From contig NZ_JAYKGW010000039.1 in assembly GCF_035285525.1 (NCBI RefSeq), positions 60,001-92,000 on the forward strand: a DNA stretch of 32,000 nucleotides, in the 5' to 3' direction. Source of the stretch: Okeania sp. GTDB taxonomy: Bacteria; Cyanobacteriota; Cyanobacteriia; Cyanobacteriales; Microcoleaceae. A program made the translations under genes and the position numbers. Under the pieces are notes generated by a model. That model saw nothing but the letters and a program-made list of their open reading frames with translations. It was not told the DNA's origin and searched no databases. This document shows positions 17,156 to 23,613 of this stretch, one piece after another (the stretch's first letter is position 1; every line of letters starts with the position of its first letter).

Positions 17156-18124
17156 ATGGCTTCTGTAAAATATGGCGAGGAAGAAGTCATTAAAATTTAT
17201 AGCCATGAAAGTATAATTAAAGCGTATCTATTTGCTTATGTTAAAGCAATTATTGCCATTTATGCTCCTCACGAATGTTCTCAAGATACTTATAAAGAAA
17301 ACGAATTAATGAGTCTATATAAAATAGGAGTTAGAGACTTTTATAAGTTAAATTTCAGCAAGGTAGATTTAAGTGACAATGAAGCTAATCTCTCAGAATC
17401 TACTTTGATAGAGTGTGATTTTAGTAATGCTAATCTTTCAGGCGCGAATCTCACAAAAGCTGATTTAACTAGAGCAAATTTAACTAATGCAAATTTAACT
17501 AATGCAAATTTGACTGAAGTTAAGTTAGACAAAAATAATCAAACTCTCTTTGAGGATACAATTTTGACTAATACTATTATGCCGGAAATAAAAATTTCCG
17601 TTAGTAGACGGTCACGAATAAATATAATAGTTAGATTATTAGAACAAATTGATTTTCAAGAAAGTAAATGTCAGTTATTAATAGTTCATAGAATGACTAC
17701 TCCTATATGGTGGTCTAGCGATTTGGGTATGTATTTTTGGGAAATAAATAAAAAAATACTTCAAAAAGGTATTCTGATAAAAAGAGTTTTTATACTTCCT
17801 GAATCTCCCACACCAGAGCATCTACAAATACTTCGAGAACAAGCAGAATTTGGTATAGAGATAAGATATATTTGCTATACTAAAGCAGAAAATGTTGATA
17901 ACTATGATTTGCATAATACTAACTTAATGGTTTCCGAAAATTTGTCCGTCGAAAGAAACTCTTTTACAAGTAGAATATTAATCAATAAAGAGGAGGAAAA
18001 AGGTTATATCTCTTATCAAGAAATAGATTTGAAAACTGATAAAGAACTTTTCTATTCCATTTGGAAAGAGGCAGAAACTTACAGTTGTTCTGTATCAATC
18101 CCGAATGAATCTTTGAAAAAATAA
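17156..18124 (+). CDS. Pentapeptide-repeat protein with an unassigned 170-aa C-terminal module; the frame is open from 16961 with no start codon before 17156
   Basis: A(D/N)LXX pentapeptide repeats: ANLSESTLIECDFSNANLSGANLTKADLTRANLTNANLTNANLTEVKL (about 17348-17576). The first ATG lies in the middle of a predicted domain (…GYVTVMASVKYGEEE…). Confidence 0.6.
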   Translation: MASVKYGEEEVIKIYSHESIIKAYLFAYVKAIIAIYAPHECSQDTYKENELMSLYKIGVRDFYKLNFSKVDLSDNEANLSESTLIECDFSNANLSGANLTKADLTRANLTNANLTNANLTEVKLDKNNQTLFEDTILTNTIMPEIKISVSRRSRINIIVRLLEQIDFQESKCQLLIVHRMTTPIWWSSDLGMYFWEINKKILQKGILIKRVFILPESPTPEHLQILREQAEFGIEIRYICYTKAENVDNYDLHNTNLMVSENLSVERNSFTSRILINKEEEKGYISYQEIDLKTDKELFYSIWKEAETYSCSVSIPNESLKK

Positions 18125-18184
18125 CGTAAGCATTTAGCAGTTAGTAATAGTTGCTCACTCTGTCCGCTCAAAAATGATCATGCT

Positions 18185-18212
18185 GTAGGGACGTTGCATC
18201 CAACGTCCCTAC
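18185..18212. terminator. Palindromic hairpin GTAGGGACGTT-gcatcc-AACGTCCCTAC between convergent genes (bidirectional terminator and/or repeat element)
   Basis: 11-bp perfect stem. A degenerate relative lies at about 581-605, downstream of rlmN. Confidence 0.65.
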
Positions 18213-18215
18213 TTT

Positions 18216-19064
18216 CTACTTCCTACCCTCTACGGAATCAATTAATTTGTCTAATTCTTGCTGCATTTCCGTGAGAACTCTTTGATAGCAAGCATCAACA
18301 TAACTGCGATCGCTAGCTGCTTTCCGTCCATAACGTTCAAAAACAATGGGAGGACAAACCCGAGTATGAATCTGTACTGGGAAAGGGAAATTAGGCAAAG
18401 GTCCGATAGCTAGTCCCCAAGGCAAACCTATATAAATAGGAAACACTTCCGGGTCAGCATCAAATAACCACGGCATTCCCCACTGATGGAGTTGCTTTAT
18501 TTGTTCATAAAAATCAGCCAATATAATTAGAGTATCATGGGCGCCATGAGAAATCATCGGTACAATCGGAACTTCTTCCCGCAAAGCCAACTTGATAAAA
18601 CCTTTACGTCCGGCAAAATAGATTTTATTTCGCATAGAATAGGGGCGAAAAACATCAAGACCTCCACCAGGATAAACAGCTACAGAAGCATTTCTAGCAA
18701 AAGCAGCGATCGCCATTCTTGGGTGCGCTCTAACTGCTCCACATTGTACTGGGGTAGATGAAGTTGGGAAAACTGACCACGCATTCTGGTGCATTAGTCC
18801 ATAAGCTAAACGTTCTGTACCAAATCTCTTAAACCAGTCATACATACACATGTGCATATCTGGAGCAGCTAAACCACCATTATGAGAACCAACTATGAGA
18901 ACTTTCTCATCAGGAATATGATGCCAACCATCAGTTTGAACGCGGAAGTAATAGCGATAAAACCATTCCCATAGTGGCATCATTGATTTAATTACTTCTG
19001 GATCGCGGTCATCTAATGACCAACCGTCAAAAGGTTTACGGATATTTTGTTGATTAGCAGTCAT
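18216..19064 (-). CDS. Glycerolipid acyltransferase (PlsC/LPLAT-superfamily-like)
   Basis: 282 aa. ...VLIVGSHNGGLAAPD..., FAGRKGFIKLALREEVPIVPMISHGAHDT resemble acyltransferase blocks. Higher GC than the adjacent island. The exact subfamily was not determined. Confidence 0.6.
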   Translation of the reverse strand: MTANQQNIRKPFDGWSLDDRDPEVIKSMMPLWEWFYRYYFRVQTDGWHHIPDEKVLIVGSHNGGLAAPDMHMCMYDWFKRFGTERLAYGLMHQNAWSVFPTSSTPVQCGAVRAHPRMAIAAFARNASVAVYPGGGLDVFRPYSMRNKIYFAGRKGFIKLALREEVPIVPMISHGAHDTLIILADFYEQIKQLHQWGMPWLFDADPEVFPIYIGLPWGLAIGPLPNFPFPVQIHTRVCPPIVFERYGRKAASDRSYVDACYQRVLTEMQQELDKLIDSVEGRK

Positions 19065-19090
19065 TTCAGTTATCAGTTATCAGTTATCAG
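19065..19090. repeat. Heptamer array (CAGTTAT) x3.5 beginning at position -1 of the acyltransferase start codon
   Basis: The coding strand reads ctgataactgataactgataactgaaATGac, the same ...ataactgaaATGac context as at rlmN. Confidence 0.9.
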
Positions 19091-19103
19091 CACTTCCTTT
19101 CAG

Positions 19104-19137
19104 TAATTAATAATTAATAATTAATAATTAATAATTA
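19104..19137. repeat. Heptamer array (AATTAAT/TAATTAT class) x about 5
   Basis: taattaataattaataattaataattaataattat. The same class occurs at 6371-6391, 8120-8162 and 20318-20350. Confidence 0.85.
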
Positions 19138-19526
19138 TCTCTTCTTATAAATGAAGAGGATTGGATAAAAGGAATTTTTTTCTTTTTTCTCCATAAATGG
19201 AGAGGGTTTATACCTTAATTTTTCGGTAATAGGGAGGCTAGGAAAATCAGTTATTAGTTATCAGTACTTCCTCCAGAAATCGAAAATTTACTTTTTTGTA
19301 TTCCTGAAAGGAGAAAGTTGATACCTTATTTATTTATTGGCCATAACTTGTACTTATTTTCGGTTAGTATTTACTGAATTATAGCGGATTAAAATTTATT
19401 TGATTATATTCCGTTACCAAACTGAAGTGCCAAAGGATTTGGAGACCAAATCCCTACAGTTTTTCCTCAGAAATGATTTGATATTGCTATAGCTGAATGC
19501 TTACTGTCCATAAGTCTTAATTTTTA

Positions 19527-20051
19527 CTATTTAGTGGTAGAAAATGGAAATTTTTTTGGTGGATTAAATAATGTTTTACCAAACCTAGATTGAATTTTTA
19601 AATTGCAGTTTAATGGAGCAGTTTCAAAGTCACAAAAATAAGCAGCAACTGGTTTTTTTTGAGCTGGTTGACATATTTGTAAATTATAACCATATTCTCT
19701 GGCTACGCTACCGAAATGATTGATAAATTTGTAAATATCTATATATTCTTGCTTTTCCCAAGTTAATTGATTTACTACTAAAATTACCCATGTATCATCG
19801 GGGTTAATAAACCAAGTTTCAAGTAGTTCAACACCAAAGAAATCTTTAGTTAGCCATAGACTAGGAATGCTTGGTTTAGTTTGAGATAAAGGAGGTTTAG
19901 GTAGTTCAGAAATTGGATTTATTGGACAGGTGGGAAAAATAATTTTAGGTGTTGCATTTGCAGGTGGAAGGAAGATGGAAGATGGCAGAAGGAAGAAGGA
20001 AGATGGCAGAAGGAAGAAGGGAAAATATAGTAATAATTTTAGATGCAACAT
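19527..20051 (-). CDS. Conserved cyanobacterial hypothetical protein, secreted/exported (signal-peptide-like N-terminus)
   Basis: 174 aa. ...PSLWLTKDFFGVELLETWFINPDDTWVILVVNQLTWEK..YKFINHFGSVAREYGYNLQIC.. resembles a widespread cyanobacterial family I cannot name. The N-terminus FFLLPSSFFLLPSSIF is encoded by a 21-bp tandem repeat. Confidence 0.55.
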   Translation of the reverse strand: MLHLKLLLYFPFFLLPSSFFLLPSSIFLPPANATPKIIFPTCPINPISELPKPPLSQTKPSIPSLWLTKDFFGVELLETWFINPDDTWVILVVNQLTWEKQEYIDIYKFINHFGSVAREYGYNLQICQPAQKKPVAAYFCDFETAPLNCNLKIQSRFGKTLFNPPKKFPFSTTK

Positions 20052-20357
20052 ATTAAGGAAGAATTCATTAATGGATAATTGATAATTACTTCTGTTTAAA
20101 ACCGTTCTTGATTGAATCTAAGGAAATATTCTTTCTTTTTATCAGCGAAACTACCGCTTTTTATCCTTAAAAGGAAAGGCTTTATCTCTTGATTTTTTGG
20201 TAATAAGAATCAGGAAGAATAGGAAATATTTTGGATAAATTAAATAATTATCAGGACTTACGCAAAATTACCATCTTTTGGTCGATTAGCCAATCCTATT
20301 CTTTGTAAGAAGAAGTAATTATTAATTATTAATTATTAATTGTTAATTATTGAAAGC

Positions 20358-20514
20358 AGATTTCTAGCAAATAATGTACAAGGCGAATAGTGAAAATTTT
20401 TTAGTGCGGGAATCTTGCCCGCGATGGGTATACTTGAGATTTCTAGCAAATCATATACTAGACGAATAGTGAAAATTTTTTAGTGCGGAATCTTGCCCGC
20501 GATGAGTATACCTC
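20358..20514. repeat. Tandem direct repeat, 2 x about 79 bp, each unit containing the hairpin GCGGG-aatcttg-CCCGC
   Basis: agatttctagcaaat..t.tac.a.gcgaatagtgaaaattttttagtgcgg(g)aatcttgcccgcgatg.gtatac occurs twice. The core cttgcccgcgatgg is also found reverse-complemented at about 9388-9401. Confidence 0.85.
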
Positions 20515-20862
20515 ATCACAAAATACGGTTTATTTAAGATGAAAAATTATAAGATATGGAAACATTATATAAGCTTTTCAGATTACAGAAGTACAAGAAA
20601 AATCCTTAACTGAACTGTATTGCGTCATAACAATATCAAGCACTTTATATCAGTATTATTGGTAACATTATCTCACTTTTGCTTGAGTTTTAAAACCAAA
20701 CCCCTATAGTTTTTTTTGCAAATAATTTTAAATTTTCCAATACTTACCCAGAAACCGGATTTCTTGGCGGAAATTTTATGATTTGAACAACTATATTTTC
20801 CCAACTAATATCTGTTTATTAGGAAATTAACTAATAGCTGACAGTTCAACGTTAAATGGTTA

Positions 20863-22008
20863 TTATAAATTCTTTTGATAACGCATTCCTGGTAATTGAA
20901 TTACTAATCCTAATAATTCTAATTGTAGGAGAGAACTAGAAACTTCCCCCGATGATAAACCTGTTTTTTGAATAATTAAATCTAACATTATAGGTTCACT
21001 AGAAATATGTTGAAAAATCTGAGCTAATATAGGTTCTAAATCTGGTATAAAATTCTCTTTTTTCTCCTCAAATAAAGATAACTGTTCAGCAGATTCTTCC
21101 ACATCAATATCTAAAGGTGGCATGGCTCCTAACATTTCTAATAATCTATCCATTGTAATCGGAATTACCTCCGCGCCTTTATTAATTAACTGTAAACAAC
21201 CATGAGATTTTTCGTCATCTAAACGAGCCGGTAAAACATACACATCTCGACAAAATTCATTAGCTATATCTGCTGTAATTAAAGCACCAGATTTTTCCGG
21301 AGCTTCCATAATTAAAATTGCTCTACTTAATCCGGCAATAATTCTATTTCGTTGGGGAAAATGTTGTTTATTTGGCTTCGTTACAGCCGGATATTCACTA
21401 ACAACTAATCCCTGTTTAATGACCTGTTCAGCTAAACTTTTATTTTCCCTTGGATAAACCATATCAACCCCGTTTCCAAAGACCGCAATAGTCCGACCCC
21501 CTGCTTCTAAACAAGCACCATGAGCTTCCGTGTCAATTCCTGCTGCTAATCCCGAAACAATTGTAAACCCACTTTTGGCTAAAATTGTACTTATTTTTCG
21601 AGTCCAACGACGACCATATTCCGAGGGATGTCTCGTACCAACTATGCCTACTGTGGGAGTAATACCTAATATTTCTTGGGAGTCTACTATGCCTCGATAA
21701 TATAACACAGGCGGAGGTGTGGGAATTTCTTGGAGGAGACGGGGATAGTCTGGGTCTGCTGGTGTCCAAAAATAAGGATTTTTCTCAATATGTTCTTTCA
21801 GGAGTTCTTCTGGGTTAATACGCGATCGCTCTTCGACTATTTTTCCTATTTTTTGAGGGCCTAAACCTGAGACGTGGCCTAATTCTAGGGGAGTTGCTGT
21901 CCAAGCTCTGGCCAGGGTCTGGAATTGTTGTTTGAGGTTTTGGAGGGCAATTGGACCTATACCGCTAATTTTTGCCCATGCTAACCAATAGGCACGTTCT
22001 TCAGTCAA
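20863..22008 (-). CDS. dprA: DNA-processing protein DprA (Smf)
   Basis: 381 aa. N-terminal SAM/HhH-like region (AYWLAWAKISGIGP), Rossmann core VSGLAAGIDTEAHGACLEAGGRTIAVFGNGVDMVYPREN, and a C-terminal winged-helix-like tail. Confidence 0.9.
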   Translation of the reverse strand: MTEERAYWLAWAKISGIGPIALQNLKQQFQTLARAWTATPLELGHVSGLGPQKIGKIVEERSRINPEELLKEHIEKNPYFWTPADPDYPRLLQEIPTPPPVLYYRGIVDSQEILGITPTVGIVGTRHPSEYGRRWTRKISTILAKSGFTIVSGLAAGIDTEAHGACLEAGGRTIAVFGNGVDMVYPRENKSLAEQVIKQGLVVSEYPAVTKPNKQHFPQRNRIIAGLSRAILIMEAPEKSGALITADIANEFCRDVYVLPARLDDEKSHGCLQLINKGAEVIPITMDRLLEMLGAMPPLDIDVEESAEQLSLFEEKKENFIPDLEPILAQIFQHISSEPIMLDLIIQKTGLSSGEVSSSLLQLELLGLVIQLPGMRYQKNL

Positions 22009-22104
22009 TTATTTTGTCCTCTTGAGGAATGATTAGTTTTGAAATTATTGTAAGCCCTTGTTGTTCCCGTTAGGGTTGCAGAGCATGGAACGTTAAGAAG
22101 AGGG

Positions 22105-22158
22105 GGTAGACATTGGAGACAAGGTAGACATTGGAGACAAGGTAGACATTGGAGACCA
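22105..22158. repeat. 18-bp tandem repeat (GGTAGACATTGGAGACAA) x3, an expansion of the end of a family B element
   Basis: Units at 22105-22122, 22123-22140 and 22141-22158. The last unit runs into ...ggagaccaaaaccctacgg. Confidence 0.9.
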
Positions 22159-22369
22159 AAACCCTACGGTTACTTTTTTTATTTTCACTATTGATGTTTT
22201 CTTCAATATTAGCCAAAATCTAGATTTAGATATAGAAAAGAAAAGAAAGGTTTCAAACCTTACTAATTTATCTGATAACTGATAACTGAAATAACTTGTG
22301 GAAGCTAATTTATAGGTTTAAACTCCAGGATTTTTCGTGGAATTTTTGTCAAAAATTGGAGTAGAAAAT

Positions 22370-22581
22370 ATGACTAATAATTATAGAAGTAGTTTTCAGT
22401 TTTGACACAACTGGCAGTGTATCCTTGCCTAACTCAAGTACATCGAAAAATTAAAAGTACCGTAACTCAATTAATTTCAGAAATTCCCGGTATTCAGATT
22501 GGAATAATTGCTCATGGAGATTATTGCGATCGCTGCTCTAGTTCTGGAAATAAAAAGGTTACAGCATATTCTTTATATTGA
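22370..22581 (+). pseudogene. Remnant of a vWA-domain protein gene (N-terminal about 60 codons, two frameshifts, 3' truncation)
   Basis: The three frames read MTNNYRS.. (frame of the ATG at 22370), then ..VVFSFDTTGS.. (+1), then ..YPCLTQVHRKIKSTVTQLISEIPGIQIGIIAHGDYCD.. (+1). Joined, they give the VFSFDTTGS(M)YPCLTQV...IGIIAHGDYCD N-terminus I recall from a bacterial vWA family. Recognisable sequence ends around the HIP1 site at 22526-22533, and the frame stops at 22579-22581, 2 nt from the vapC stop. Confidence 0.5.
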
Positions 22582-22583
22582 CT

Positions 22584-22973
22584 TCAATCCCATAATCTTT
22601 GAATAGGATAATCATTAAACTTGATATCTCGACTAATCAAAATAAGAGAATTATTGATAGCTTGAACAATTAACATTCTATCAAATGGATCGCGGTGATT
22701 TGAGGGAAAAGGCAGTCCTGCATATAATTCAATATCTTTGTCTGTAATAGGTAAGATGGAAATATCCATGTATTCCAATTCTTTAGATAAATCTTCAATA
22801 GTTTGATTAATTTCCAACTTACCTATATTAATTTTAATAGCAATTTCCCAAAGACTAACTATACTAAAATATAAGTTTTCTTTACTGTCAATAATATTCT
22901 TGACTTTAATCGATATATTATTATTTCCTAGTAAATACCAAATAAAAACATGAGTATCCAAAATATATTTCAT
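22584..22973 (-). CDS. vapC: Type II toxin, PIN-domain VapC family
   Basis: MKYILDTHVFIWYL...SIVSLWEIAIKINIGKL...HRDPFDRMLIVQAINNSLILISRDIKF is the classic PIN/VapC layout. Its start lies 1 nt from the upstream gene's stop codon. Confidence 0.85.
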   Translation of the reverse strand: MKYILDTHVFIWYLLGNNNISIKVKNIIDSKENLYFSIVSLWEIAIKINIGKLEINQTIEDLSKELEYMDISILPITDKDIELYAGLPFPSNHRDPFDRMLIVQAINNSLILISRDIKFNDYPIQRLWD

Positions 22974-22974
22974 A

Positions 22975-23196
22975 TTACATATATTCCGTCAAATCTTCTA
23001 ATGGTTCATCAAAATCATCTGACATAAAAATTTTACCTGCCCAACTACCATAACGTCCAACAGTTTCTATCTTTTCCTGGGATTGCTTATTATTTGGATA
23101 TTTTTCTTGTAGATATTCTGCATAATGCAATACTTCAGTCTTCAGAGATTCAGGTAGATTAATGACAATTTTCCACAAAGCTAACTCAATATTCAT
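22975..23196 (-). CDS. DUF2281-type antitoxin partner of VapC
   Basis: From the internal ATG at 23196: MNIELALWKIVINLPESLKTEVLHYAEYLQEKY...GSWAGKIFMSDDFDEPLEDLTEYM, with the DUF2281-typical C-terminal DDFDEPLED motif. The track's longer start at 23235 adds a low-complexity leader. Confidence 0.7.
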   Translation of the reverse strand: MNIELALWKIVINLPESLKTEVLHYAEYLQEKYPNNKQSQEKIETVGRYGSWAGKIFMSDDFDEPLEDLTEYM

Positions 23197-23240
23197 AATT
23201 TTTATTAGAAACAACTTATTTAAAAATAATATCATATTTT

Positions 23241-23468
23241 TTACTCAATAATCTCATCATACAGATTGTTATCCTCTTCTACTTGCGGTTTCATAGAAGT
23301 CAGAATTTCCTCTAATGGAATTTGATCTAACAACTGATGACGCTCTTGGGTGTAGTCTCCATAACTGGAACTATAGTATTGAAGAAACCGGATTGTATCA
23401 ACAACTCCTAAAGAATAAATTAACGCTCTATGTCCTTTTCTGATAATTTTCTCTTGGGTTTGACTCAT
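23241..23468 (-). CDS. Small conserved cyanobacterial protein, antitoxin-like (75 aa), with no cognate toxin recognised
   Basis: ...KGHRALIYSLGVVDTIRFLQYYSSSYGDYTQERHQLLDQIPLEEI... matches a short family I recall as common in cyanobacterial TA-rich regions. I cannot name the family. Confidence 0.5.
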   Translation of the reverse strand: MSQTQEKIIRKGHRALIYSLGVVDTIRFLQYYSSSYGDYTQERHQLLDQIPLEEILTSMKPQVEEDNNLYDEIIE

Positions 23469-23613
23469 TATTATTCTCCATTTACATATATTTCATTAGC
23501 CAACTTCCAGGATTATTAACTCCTACATTAATAACCTCAAGATTTCCTTGCACATTGTACTGTTATTTGCTATATAAGGTAAGCTTTATTATAGAAATAA
23601 ACTTATATAAAAC

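Noticed and set aside
17341-17532. 63-aa antisense ORF over the pentapeptide-repeat region
   Set aside because: It is the mirror image of the repetitive pentapeptide coding DNA (VKFALVKFALVKFAL), an artefact of repeat periodicity.
18537-18761. 74-aa ORF antisense to the acyltransferase
   Set aside because: It is nested antisense to a gene with recognisable acyltransferase-like blocks.
21533-21769. 78-aa ORF in another frame on the same strand, within dprA
   Set aside because: It is nested in the well-supported DprA frame.
23197-23235. Longer start (MILFLNKLFLIKI...) for the DUF2281 antitoxin
   Set aside because: The extra 13 codons are low-complexity. The family-typical sequence starts at the internal Met (23196).
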